In this document: piece after piece, positions 9,679-19,839 of the stretch | Layout of the letters: each line of letters starts with the position of its first letter | How positions within the stretch are numbered: the first letter of the stretch is position 1 | DNA from: Thermodesulfobacteriota bacterium | Lineage (GTDB): Bacteria; Desulfobacterota_D; UBA1144; Nemesobacterales; UBA2774 | Length of the DNA: 64,000 nucleotides | NCBI GenBank assembly: GCA_041390285.1 | Contig: JAWKQD010000007.1 | Location: 26,675-90,674, forward strand | Direction of reading: 5' to 3' | The notes under the pieces: model-generated | Told to the model about the DNA's origin: nothing | The model's database searches: none | What the model saw: the letters and a program-made list of their open reading frames with translations, nothing else | Position numbers and translations under genes: made by a program

Positions 9679-12600
9679 ATGCCGGGATCAAAGAAATATT
9701 TCGAGAGTAAAGCCGTCAGGGTAAGGGCGAAAGTGTTCGGCCTGGCGCTCCTTTTCCTTTTTGTGACGGGAGCCAAAGCGGACCCCATCAGGAAGAACGA
9801 GGTGGAAGACCTGAATATAATAATCTCCCAGGTCGTGGGCGGAGAGCCCAATGTGCTTCTCATAGCCGACTACTCGGGCTCCATGGTGAGAAACTGGGCA
9901 GAGAAGCAGGTTGGGAACTGGGATGGGACCGACAACAGCGGCACGATCGGCGACTGTGAGGAGCTCTATTCGACGAGCAGCTCCGAGGGCAGAAGAATGG
10001 CGGCACACTGCAGTGAAAACGTAGCCGGCGTCTCTGTTTGTGGCTCCAGACACGCGGGCGGGAGCGGGGTAGTCTCCAACCAGCAGGAGCTCCTCGACTT
10101 CGTCGCTTGTATACAGAACCCCCCGGGGGGCGGCCCTCCGGGGCTGACGAACACCCAGATAAGCACGGTATACGATCAGCTCTGCGGAAACAACAACGGC
10201 TACCTGGGCGAAACAATATTCGACTGCAGTGGAAACGAATACGCCGAAGCCGCCGCCGCGATGGATGCATGGGCCGGATTTACGCAGTGCTCCTCGGTTA
10301 ATTGCAATGCGAGCGGCGGTACGAGCAGGGCGTGCGATACCTCGACGGAATATGGCAACTTCAAAGACTGCATGAAAGCCGTTCAGGCAATAACTGTAAA
10401 CAAAACTCAGAACTGTGCGAATTCCGGCGAAGCGAATTGTTCGGGAGAGCCGCGTTACGGAAGCAGCCGGGTGGACATGCTCCACAGCGTGCTGTTCGAT
10501 TTTCTGGATGCCGACGATTCGCTAGCGGACAAGATGTGTGACGATCCCTCAAAACTCTTTGACGGGGCAAGCACCTCTATAAGCTGCAAGGATTTTATGG
10601 CTACCACGTTCAGGGTCGTGAGGCAGATAGCCAGGGACGATGGCTCGCCTTCCTCTAACAGGCGGCTTCCAATAACAGGATCCAACAATACGAAGCTGAA
10701 TGACGAGCTTACCGACGATGACAGGGAAGAGCTAGGCATAGGGATCCGTCCACTGACCTATTCAGGGGTCGGGCACTGGCCTAATTCGGGGAACGGCTGT
10801 ACGAGCCAGTCGACGTTCAGACTCGCGCAGGGCGGGTTTGCCGGGACGAGCGATTCGCATCCTCAGGGGATCTGGGATTTCTACAGAAGGGAGCTCGCTT
10901 TTGGAGGCACGCCGCTCGCATGGGTTTTGGGGTTAGACGATAGAAATAATGGCGGGAACCAAGGCGGGAACGTTATAAATGACGACGTTCTGGGGGCGTT
11001 CAAGGTGGAGCTCCAGACCGACCCGTCTATCGAGTGCAGACCGGAATTCGTGATAGTGATAACCGATGGCGAGGATACATGCGCAGGTGACCCGAACGGT
11101 CAAAACGGGCAGACTTCGGGAAGCCTGACGACCAACGCGAACCGTAGAAGCTCGATACAGGCAGTGAGCAACGTGAGGACCTTTTACTCACGGAACCCGG
11201 TCCAGAACAGGGGAGCCAAGCTACAAGAAGGAAATACTTACGTTCGTGATTGGGATTGGTATACACGATCCCGTTGCGAGAAGGACCCTGGGAGCAATGG
11301 CTCGCCGGGGGCACGCACTCGCAGGGCGTAATCAATCATACGTCTCCTAACGGGTCCCAGGTGCTTGGGAAAGTAGATATAAATGATCCGAATATCTTTC
11401 CTCAAACCCCGGAGTTCGAGGTCTTTAGAGATCTCGCAAAGGCCGAGGGGCATAGATACCAACCCGTCGAATGCGCAGCTTCAGAACTGTAAGGCCAACA
11501 ATCGAAGCGAATTCGGACAGTGTCAGTTCCAGGGCGAAAATATGTTCGGCAACACCTTTTTCAATACCGGCGCGCCATTCGATGCTCAGGGATTGGACAA
11601 GCTGGAGGATTTCGCATTCTTCGTGGACAGCCCCGAAGAGCTGATACAGGCGCTGAAGAAAGTTTCTGAAGATATCAGAGCTATTAGTACTTCCGGTGTA
11701 TCGCCCACCGCTCCACAGTCCTCGACGGCCGTCGCGCTCAGGGACAGGATATTCCTGTCTATTCTGACGCCGATAACCCCAGAAAGGTTCTGGCAGGGCC
11801 GTCTGGCTTTATTCGGGTTCGTGGACGTTCCCGGAAATCAGGGCAGTAAAGAAGTTATAAGAAGGCCCCGACTGGTTCCAATCTGGAAAGCGAATCGGTC
11901 GTTAGGGGACTTGCCATATTCGACGACGACGGCACTTTGAACAATAACGCCAAACAGTTCTTCTGGGAGGCGGGCAAGAACCTCACCGAAAGAAATATCG
12001 TCGATTCTCCTAGGAATCTCCTGACGGTGAGGTCCCCGGATCTCATTCCGGAAGACGGCGTAGACGACCCGCCTTTCAGCGGGAGCGATTATGCTATCAC
12101 AGCGAACTCCATACTTTACAAGGGGCCGCTCGTTCTGTTCGACGATCCGGCGGACCCGCTCGATCCGGGGCAGTTCGGTATCAGTGACGCAGATGTCGAT
12201 GATCCGATCCCGGATTTCTGCGTGCCCGAGGCCGGGCCCGCAACGGCTTGCGAGCTCTGTCGGCAACGTGGATTGCACCGACGTGACCGAAGAAGATTGC
12301 ATCACCTGCGTTAAAGAATGCATGAGGGACGAGATCGTGAACTTCCTCATCGGCAACACGGGGATCGGTACGGAAAGAGACCCCATGGGCGTTCCTTCGT
12401 TCGGCGCATCGCCCGAACAGAGCGACGGGACAAACCCGTTTACCTCCATGGGGTACAACTGCCCGGACCCGGATGATCAAAACAGCGACGGCAACCTGGG
12501 AGATCTCGAAACGTGCTCGGTACGCCTCGGGGATATCTTTCATTCGAACCCGGTGGTCGTGGGCTCCCCGTCCCCGCTCTTCTTCGACGCGGGCTATCAG

Positions 12601-14553
12601 GCGTTCGCCGTCGAGTTCAAAGACCGCTCGGCTGTGGTATACGTAGGGGCGAACGACGGATTTATCCACGCTTTCCATGCCGGTGAGTTCAAAGACCCGA
12701 ACGCCGAGGGCGCGGGAGCAGAGGAGAAAACCAATCCTTTCACGCTTAAGGAAGAAATATTCCCGTTCTTTGACGAAGGGACCGGATACGAGCTCTTCGG
12801 CGTAGCCGTGCCGACATTCCTGGCGGATTCGCTCGCAAACCCGACGAGCCGGGCGAGCTCTCCCGCCGATATGATATTCGGCGCTCCGCCCCCGCCAGAT
12901 TACAGGACGGGGGATTTCAAAACATTTGTTCTCGACAACTTTACGCAAAGGTCGTTCGCGGACGGCTCGCCGATCATCGGCGACGTTTTCATAGACGGCT
13001 TTACGAACGGCGTATCCCTCACAGAAGATTCTCCTGAAGAGTGTGCCGAATCGGTATCCACAGCGGATGGAGAGATAGATGTCTGCGGAAGGGAGTGGCA
13101 TACCGTTCTGCTCGCGGGCGCTCATAACGGCGGCGGAGCTTACATAGCGCTCGACGTTACGAACCCGGCCTGCGGCGAAGACTGCGGAGGCACGGACCAG
13201 CTGGACGAGCATATAAAGAACGGCGGAGAGACGCTCGAGTATCCAAAGCATATGTGGACATTCTTTGACCGCGACTTCGGCAACTCATGGTCAGCCCCAT
13301 CAATGGGCAGGATACGGCTGAAGATTTCGGACGACGATAATTCGAAGCTTGTGGACAGGTGGGTGATGTTCGTCGGAGGCGGGCTCGACCCCATGGACAC
13401 AGACCCGAGTGACGGCGTTAATTTCGGCAATGCCTTAGTCGTGGTCGATATAAGCACAGGGAAGGAGATATTCAAATTCCATCCGACAAATTCGATTCCC
13501 TCGGGCGCGGGCGCACCTTCAAACCTGGACGATATGCTTTGCGACATGCCGAGCAGGGTGGCGTCGGTGGATATAAACTCGGACGGTTATACGGACCTTG
13601 CCTATGTCGGGGACACGTGCGGGCGTATGTGGAGGTTCGACGTCTCTATGCCGATAGAGGTGAGCGGAAGCATGTCAGAAAGCGGCCCTTCCGGAAACCT
13701 GTCCATAGTTGCAGAGGATTGGTCCGGGCAGATCGCGTTCTGCGCCAATACGGACGCCGAGTGCTTTGACGGGGGGAACAATCCCGCCGTGCCGAGCCAG
13801 AATCTCGAGCCAATTTATTTTGCCCCGACGATTGTCCTCGACGACCTTGGCAGGCGTCACGTAATATTCGTAACCGGAGACAGAAGGGACCCGAGCAGCA
13901 TTCTCAAAGCCGGAAAGCTTTACAATTTCATAGACGATTACATTCCCGCGTTTCTGGCGGGCGGCGCGGCGTCAGGCGGACAAACTATCAAAACGGCCTC
14001 TTACCTGATTTCAGCCGGCCAGGTGATAGAGCTCGACGAGCAGTCAGGCGTGGACGGGCAGTTCGTATCGTCCGCGAGTAACAACTTCCAGTCGGACCAG
14101 GGAGAGTTTCTGGTCTTGTTCCCGAGCAATCTGGGCGAGGAAGAGCTCGGAGAGAAGGGCTTCGGCGTGCCGGTGGTTATAAACAGGGTTCTCATTTTCA
14201 CGACGTACGCCCCCGAGGCCGAATCCGAGGATCCGTGTGTCGGCGGCACGGGATTCGGGAGGATATTTGCAATAGACTTCATTACGGGGTCCGCCGCGCT
14301 TGCGCGTATACCGGGCGTTAAGGATAGTGATATATTGAGAGGGTCGGATTCCCAGAAGAGTGTGGCTTCCGGGGTTACCGTGGCTGAAGGTATGCCCACA
14401 CCGGCCCAGCTGACTTTCGGAGCGAGAGGCTCGGTGCTGATGTCGGTCGCGTTTACGGGCGGCCCGGTAGCGGGAGGATCGCAGTTTATAGTATGGGAGC
14501 TCCCGCCGCTGCCCACGCGAACGCAGACGCTTTTCTGGGAGGAGATTCTCTAG
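9679..14553 (+). CDS. pilY1: PilY1-like type IV pilus tip adhesin / biogenesis factor (about 1600 aa): N-terminal vWA domain with Cys-rich insert plus C-terminal PilY1 beta-propeller; read through at least 3-4 apparent frameshifts (ORFs 9679-11331, 11383-11940, 11937-12314, 12091-14553)
   Basis: vWA MIDAS LLIADYSGSM and VIVITDGEDT; C-terminal domain VYVGANDGFIHAFHAGE, calcium-binding-like loop VDINSDGYTDLAYVGD (13567-13614), MWRFDVS; position between pilX and pilE-like. Confidence 0.8.
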
Positions 14554-14565
14554 ATCGGGAATAGC

Positions 14566-15243
14566 ATGAGAAGATACAAGGGACAGAGCGGTTTTACCAT
14601 AGTCGAGATTCTGGTGGTTATGTCGGTGATGATAATAGTCCTGGCCCTCGGCTCGTCGTTCCTTTCGGGGATGTCGGTTCTTAGGCGCTCGGTTGACGAG
14701 ACCACGAACAATATCTCGTCGCTGCTTCAGATAGGGAAGCTGAAGGCATCGAGGGACGGGGTCGAGTATAGGGTCGTTTTCGCGCGCTGCGGAAACGTAG
14801 ACGATTCGGACGCCGATTGCCCGGTATGTGCTTCGCTCGGAAGCTACGAGGAATATGAGGAAGAGGACGATACCATGACGGTCACGTTCGAAAGGGGCGA
14901 CAGCAACCGCGGCTCGACGGTGTGGTGCATAGAGTCCTCACACACACGAAGGTTCAGGGGCGATCTGGTCTTCGGGGTCTCTGAAAACATGGGGGATGAA
15001 GAAAGTCCCGTTAACTTCGCCTTCCTGCCGAGCGGTATGAGAAGGGACTTTCTGGAAGATACAGAAGACGAGGTGATAACCATAAGCCCCACAATCAGCT
15101 CCCGCATCGATAAATGCGGGGTCGTTACCGTTTCTCCCTCTGGAAACATAAGCGTAAATGAAGGCAAGTGGGTGGATTCCGAGTGCAATCCTATCAGGGA
15201 TGCCTCGGCCGCGCCTACTCCTTCACCTTCTCCATCCGGGTAA
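14566..15243 (+). CDS. type IV pilin-like protein PilE/FimT/GspH family (minor pilin)
   Basis: MRRYKGQSGFTIVEILVVMSVMIIVLALGSSFL prepilin N-terminus; last gene of minor-pilin operon. Confidence 0.65.
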   Translation: MRRYKGQSGFTIVEILVVMSVMIIVLALGSSFLSGMSVLRRSVDETTNNISSLLQIGKLKASRDGVEYRVVFARCGNVDDSDADCPVCASLGSYEEYEEEDDTMTVTFERGDSNRGSTVWCIESSHTRRFRGDLVFGVSENMGDEESPVNFAFLPSGMRRDFLEDTEDEVITISPTISSRIDKCGVVTVSPSGNISVNEGKWVDSECNPIRDASAAPTPSPSPSG

Positions 15244-15311
15244 AACGGGTCCCGCACACAACGGAACCCCCGATTCCCCATTTCCCATTTTATATCGGAT
15301 TTGTCGCAAGC

Positions 15312-16388
15312 CTACTTGCTGATTACGTAGTAGTAATTGATAGGGTCATGGGGAAGCTCCATAACGTTCACGTTGCCGAATCCTGCCTCGCCAAGCATCT
15401 CGCACGCAAGCTCCTTGCCCCACATGGCGCCGAGCCCCTTTCCGCCCTGTGCGAGGGAAACCGTCATGCAGTGCATGCAGGAGACCGTGTACAGGAAAGT
15501 CGCGAGTGGATTCTCCGAATTCCGCTCGACGTGGCTCGAACCCTTGATGTCCTGCATCAGGTAGTACCCGTCGTCTTTAAGCGCCCTGTGAATATGCGAC
15601 AGAACGCTCGCTGGGTCGGCCTGGTCGTGGACGGCGTCGAAGGTCGTTATGAGGTCGAACCTTTTAACGTCGTCGAATTTTGTGACGTCCTTCGCTTCGT
15701 ACGATATGTTGGTAAGTCCATATTCCCTAGCCCTGGCCCGTCCCCTTTCGATGGCGCTCGGGAGAAGGTCGTATCCCGTGAACCTGCTGTTCGGATATGT
15801 CCTGGCCATTTCGGCGATGGCGTAGCCGCTCCCACAACCGACGTCGAGCACCTCTATGCCCTGCTCGAGCCTGTCCTTTATTCCAGGGACGAGCGGCAGA
15901 ATATGGTCCAGAAGCGGGATGATGACGGTCTGCATGCTCTCTTCGGCCATGACTTCGTTGAAGCGGGAGTATTCCTCGTAGTGTACGCCGCCGCCGTGAC
16001 GGAAGCATTCGATTATCCTGTCTTCAATGGGCCCCAGCACACCGACCCACTGCGAGGCTACGGCGAGATTGTTCGGCGCGGCCTTTCGCGTGAGCCATGC
16101 AGCGTGCTCCGGGGGGAGGTAATACGTTTTCTTCTCCGGATCGTACTCGACAAAGCCCCCGGTAACCATGGCCCCGAGCCATTCCTTCACGTAACGCTCG
16201 TTAAGGCCCGCGTGCTCGGCGATCGCTTCGTGCCCCAGCGGCCCTTCGAGGCCGCCCATGCTGTCGAAGAGCCCCGTTCTGTGCCCTATAGATATCATGG
16301 AAGTCAGCGCGCCATGATTGAGAATCTCCAGCATCTTCATGCAAAACTCTTCTGACTTCGCTTCGTCTATTACCCTTTGACTGCTCAT
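15312..16388 (-). CDS. class I SAM-dependent methyltransferase with N-terminal winged-helix/dimerisation domain
   Basis: Motif I VLDVGCGSGYAIAEMA, acidic motif II TGYDLLP, FDLITTFDAVHD; RBS GGAGGA upstream of ATG 16388. Confidence 0.75.
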   Translation of the reverse strand: MSSQRVIDEAKSEEFCMKMLEILNHGALTSMISIGHRTGLFDSMGGLEGPLGHEAIAEHAGLNERYVKEWLGAMVTGGFVEYDPEKKTYYLPPEHAAWLTRKAAPNNLAVASQWVGVLGPIEDRIIECFRHGGGVHYEEYSRFNEVMAEESMQTVIIPLLDHILPLVPGIKDRLEQGIEVLDVGCGSGYAIAEMARTYPNSRFTGYDLLPSAIERGRARAREYGLTNISYEAKDVTKFDDVKRFDLITTFDAVHDQADPASVLSHIHRALKDDGYYLMQDIKGSSHVERNSENPLATFLYTVSCMHCMTVSLAQGGKGLGAMWGKELACEMLGEAGFGNVNVMELPHDPINYYYVISK

Positions 16389-16414
16389 TTTCTTATTCCT
16401 CCTTTGAGGGTGTT

Positions 16415-16436
16415 GTCTGCAGACCAGTCTGTCTGC
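16415..16436. promoter_or_regulatory. imperfect palindrome GTCTGCAGACCAGTCTGTCTGC in the methyltransferase promoter region, related to the tetR operator motif
   Basis: shares GACAGAC/GTCTGTC half-sites with the perfect palindrome at 17046-17061; lies 27-48 nt upstream of the methyltransferase start codon. Confidence 0.45.
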
Positions 16437-16445
16437 GATTGTGTG

Positions 16446-17027
16446 TTACTCAATCAGTTTCTCTATTGCTTTGACCGCACGATCTATAGGCCATGCGTCG
16501 TGATAATTCTTGCTCGCCGTGAGCGCGCCTTCGACCAGAAGATGATAGGCATCCACCGTATCATCGACGTTTATTTTTTTGTATTTCGGGGACGAATTCT
16601 TGAGGTCCCGGATGATTTCCTTCAAAATGGAGCGAAACCTGTCGTCGTGCTGCCTTACTTCCTGGCGCATCGGGTGGGAGGGCTCGGTTATCTCGACGGC
16701 CATATTGCCGAATGCGCATCCCCTGAAATCCGTCTCAATCATGTGATTTTTAAGGCCTTTTACGAGAGACATATATTTTTCGTAGGGGTCCTCGATGCCG
16801 TCGATCATTGCCTTCACCGCCTCTGTATCCTGCCGGTCGCGCTCTCTTAAATATTCGACGCCGAGATCCTCCTTGGATTTAAAGTGGCTGTAAAAGGTAG
16901 CCTTGGCCACACCGGATTCGGCGATTATCTGGTTGATGCCGGTCTGATGGTAGCCCTGTTTGTAGAAGAGCTCGCTCGCCGTCCGGACTATTTTCTCTCT
17001 GCTGGATAACTCCCTCGTCTTTTTCAT
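16446..17027 (-). CDS. TetR/AcrR family transcriptional regulator
   Basis: HTH TRELSSREKIVRTASELFYKQGYHQTGINQIIAESGVAKATFYSHFKSKEDL; likely start MKKTREL at 17027 (ORF track gives 17063). Confidence 0.85.
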   Translation of the reverse strand: MKKTRELSSREKIVRTASELFYKQGYHQTGINQIIAESGVAKATFYSHFKSKEDLGVEYLRERDRQDTEAVKAMIDGIEDPYEKYMSLVKGLKNHMIETDFRGCAFGNMAVEITEPSHPMRQEVRQHDDRFRSILKEIIRDLKNSSPKYKKINVDDTVDAYHLLVEGALTASKNYHDAWPIDRAVKAIEKLIE

Positions 17028-17045
17028 GGCAAGGATTATAGGGCA

Positions 17046-17061
17046 GACAGACCGGTCTGTC
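17046..17061. promoter_or_regulatory. perfect 16-bp palindrome GACAGACCGGTCTGTC, candidate TetR operator overlapping the tetR promoter
   Basis: seen directly; 19-34 nt upstream of the probable tetR start; related copy upstream of the co-oriented methyltransferase. Confidence 0.5.
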
Positions 17062-17269
17062 AAGAAGAATTATTCTTTAGCTGAAAAAGTCTCGTAGTGG
17101 CTGGTAGAGGGTTATCGGCTTAATGAGTAGATTCCGGGGGATGCTAATGCGTGCCGGAATATAATAGACCGGCCAGGTGCTGGATGCCGGGCTGTGATTA
17201 TCGTGATATCCATGTAACATATAATTTCATCCGTAATTACAATCAGACAACGATAACAGGAGAGGCCAG

Positions 17270-17824
17270 ATGGCACTTACCCCTTCAAGCATGATGCCCC
17301 TGGGCACCAAAGCCCCCGATTTCAGGCTGCCGTCCCCCATAAGCGGAGGCGAGTACAGCCTCGGCGATCTCAAGTCCGACAAGGCAACCGTGGTGATGTT
17401 TATCTGCAATCACTGCCCCTACGTGAAGCACGTCCAGAAGGAGCTTGTAGATCTCGCGAACGACTATATGCCGAAGGGTATATCCTTTGTCGCTATAAAC
17501 TCCAATAACGTCGAGAAATATCCGGACGACTCCCCTGAGAATATGAAAAAGGTCGCCGAGAGGTTCGGCTACCCGTTCGAGTACCTCTTCGACGAAACGC
17601 AGGAGACCGCCAGGGCATACGGCGCGGAATGCACGCCGGATTTCTTCGTTTTCGACTCCGGGCTCGGGTGTGTCTACAGGGGACAGCTCGACGATTCGAG
17701 GCCGGGGAACGGCAAACCCGTGACCGGCGCGGATTTGAGGAAGGCGCTCGACAGTATTCTTAACGGCGAGTCCGTGCCGGAAGATCAGGTGCCGAGCATT
17801 GGCTGTAATATAAAGTGGAAATAA
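17270..17824 (+). CDS. thioredoxin-fold protein (redoxin/AhpC-TSA-like thiol-disulfide oxidoreductase), CxxC = CNHC
   Basis: 184 aa; ATVVMFICNHCPYVKHVQKEL, FVAINSNN...YPDDSPENMKKVAERFGYPFEYLFDETQETARAYG typical of thioredoxin-like family. Confidence 0.7.
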   Translation: MALTPSSMMPLGTKAPDFRLPSPISGGEYSLGDLKSDKATVVMFICNHCPYVKHVQKELVDLANDYMPKGISFVAINSNNVEKYPDDSPENMKKVAERFGYPFEYLFDETQETARAYGAECTPDFFVFDSGLGCVYRGQLDDSRPGNGKPVTGADLRKALDSILNGESVPEDQVPSIGCNIKWK

Positions 17825-17914
17825 CACTCCACATCCTCACCCGGCGCTCTGTTCCTGAAGGCGCCGGCGAGTGCCGGACCTGAGCCGGGCCGTACCAAAA
17901 GCCCCGCTTCAAAA

Positions 17915-17941
17915 TTGCTTAACAATGCTATGGTATATAAT
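17915..17941 (+). promoter_or_regulatory. sigma70-like promoter candidate (TTGCTT ... extended -10 TGGTATATAAT) upstream of desaturase gene, inside an AT-rich segment bounded by a 10-bp inverted repeat (17903-17912 / 18016-18025)
   Basis: hexamers seen directly; spacing about 15 nt; low GC island in a GC-rich intergenic region. Confidence 0.35.
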
Positions 17942-18033
17942 CAGGCGGTTAGTTAAAATATGGGAATTGTCTGCCCGGCCGCTATATTGCGGCCATAGAG
18001 CTACCCAAAAACTACTTGAAGCGGGAACCTGAG

Positions 18034-18915
18034 ATGAAAAATTTAGCGAAGGAAATACTAGCCTATATACTGTGGCCGATTCTCCTCGGTGTGCCGATTT
18101 TCCTCGTATACACGGGCATAACTAATGACCGGCCGACGCTCTATTTCAACATCGCTTACCTCGGCCTCGCGGCCACGCTGTTCGTGCTCGAAAGGCTCAT
18201 GCCCTACAGGGAAGACTGGGTAAAATCCGATGGGCAGGAATTCCCGGACTTCGCGCATACGATCCTTAACAAGGGGCTCATTCAGCTGGCGCTGTTCCTT
18301 CTCCTTATAAGCGGGATCATACAGACGATGGGCAACAAGGATGCGAGCTCGTACTGGCCTTCGGGGCTACCGCTTGCGGTGCAGGTCGTTCTGACGATGG
18401 TGATAAGCGAGTTCGGACTTTACTGGGCGCACAGGCTGGAGCATACGTGGTCGTTCCTCTGGCGCTTCCATTCGGTTCACCACAGCGTCGAAAAGCTGTG
18501 GTTCTTTAACACAGGGAGGTTCCATTTCGTCGATACCTTCAACAGCCTTCTGTTCAGCATACCTCTTCTATTTCTGCTCGGCGTGCCCGGCGACGTATTC
18601 ATTTACTTCAGCTCGATAACGGCGTTCATAGGGCTTCTTACGCACTGTAACATCGACGTGCACTGCGGCGTTCTAAATTACATATTCAACACCCCGAACG
18701 TACACAGGTGGCATCACTCGAAGAAGGTGGAGGAAGGGAACAACAACTACGGCGAGAATCTTCTTCTCTTCGACATGATATTCGGGACCTTTTATTTTCC
18801 GAGGGACCGCCATGTGGGGCCCCTCGGGATAAAAGAATATATGCCTAAAGCCTTTCTTGGCCAGCTCGCCGCGCCGTTCCGGTGGAACAAGACGCAGAAC
18901 AAGCCGCGCCCTTGA
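18034..18915 (+). CDS. fatty acid hydroxylase superfamily protein (sterol desaturase / C-5 sterol desaturase-like membrane di-iron enzyme)
   Basis: histidine boxes HRLEH, HSVHH, HRWHHSKK; 4+ TM helices; ORF track start 18016 is TTG, ATG at 18034 (MKNLAKE) more likely. Confidence 0.75.
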   Translation: MKNLAKEILAYILWPILLGVPIFLVYTGITNDRPTLYFNIAYLGLAATLFVLERLMPYREDWVKSDGQEFPDFAHTILNKGLIQLALFLLLISGIIQTMGNKDASSYWPSGLPLAVQVVLTMVISEFGLYWAHRLEHTWSFLWRFHSVHHSVEKLWFFNTGRFHFVDTFNSLLFSIPLLFLLGVPGDVFIYFSSITAFIGLLTHCNIDVHCGVLNYIFNTPNVHRWHHSKKVEEGNNNYGENLLLFDMIFGTFYFPRDRHVGPLGIKEYMPKAFLGQLAAPFRWNKTQNKPRP

Positions 18916-18919
18916 GAGC

Positions 18920-19648
18920 TTAATTTTTTCTCATGTAGACGATTTCCATCATGCGGGCTTCCTTGCCGTCCGGCCCCGCGGCGAACATCTCGAACGTGAA
19001 CTGGTCCGGGCCGTTGATTGTCGTTACCGTGCGGTAGGGCTTATCCTTTTCGTCTTCCATAGGGCAAGAGAAAGTCCCCTTGTCTTCGAAGGTCTTGGTA
19101 GTGGCGTCGTAAGTACCCGTTCCGGTCATAATACCGGTGCCCATGTTGTCCACCCATACGCTCACGTATTCTTCGTTAGCGTTGTCGTAGCCCATAAGGC
19201 CCATGCCTTCGAACTCCTGCCCCATGGCCATGCCCTTCGTGGTCTGCTGAATGTACCTTCCGCCGAGTATCCACTTGATCTCGCTGGAGCCGGCTGATTC
19301 GGAAGGCTCGGATTCCGGCGTTTCCCAGAACTTTACGGTGTAGCCCCAGTTGCCGACGAGCTGGTCGAGCGGCTTGTGATTCTCGCCCGGAGTGGCGTAT
19401 TCCTGCCACTTTGCCATCATCTCTTCCTTCATTTTGTCGGCGTCCTGGCTCATGGCCTTTCCTGCTTCGTCGGCCGCTTCTTTTGTGCTGTCGACGGCGC
19501 TATTCACGGCGTCTTTCGCGGAGTCCATAGGGGAATCCTGCGATACGGCGGGCATGACAAAAAGCCCGAACGAGAGAACCAGCAACAGTGCCGAGAATAA
19601 AAACGATTTTCCTAAAGCTAAATCCTTCATGGTATAACCCCCCTGCAA
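18920..19648 (-). CDS. secreted DUF1579-like protein (lipocalin-like beta-barrel)
   Basis: signal peptide MKDLALGKSFLFSALLLVLSFGLFVMPAVSQ; WGYTVKFWETPE...GTGTYDATTKTFEDKGTF...TFEMFAAGPDGKEARMMEIVYMRK pattern resembles DUF1579. Confidence 0.5.
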   Translation of the reverse strand: MQGGYTMKDLALGKSFLFSALLLVLSFGLFVMPAVSQDSPMDSAKDAVNSAVDSTKEAADEAGKAMSQDADKMKEEMMAKWQEYATPGENHKPLDQLVGNWGYTVKFWETPESEPSESAGSSEIKWILGGRYIQQTTKGMAMGQEFEGMGLMGYDNANEEYVSVWVDNMGTGIMTGTGTYDATTKTFEDKGTFSCPMEDEKDKPYRTVTTINGPDQFTFEMFAAGPDGKEARMMEIVYMRKN

Positions 19649-19839
19649 ATGGTTTATTTTTAAATACTAACTTATTTCGCGGATTCGGAGCACTCTTTTT
19701 TAATGTTTTTTGTAATGTATGATGCCGAATGAGGGGTGAAGTTTCTCTCCCGCGGGAAAAACCGGCCCGGCCTTGAATAAAACGGGCGCTAGACTATTAT
19801 CTTCCCGGTAAAGAAATTCCCGTTCAGGCGGACACTAAT

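Noticed and set aside
12181-13251. 356-aa minus-strand ORF inside pilY1
   Set aside because: Antisense to the PilY1 beta-propeller coding region; Arg-rich low-complexity translation
15168-16355. 395-aa plus-strand ORF
   Set aside because: Antisense to the SAM-methyltransferase gene, which carries clear motif I/II; no independent support
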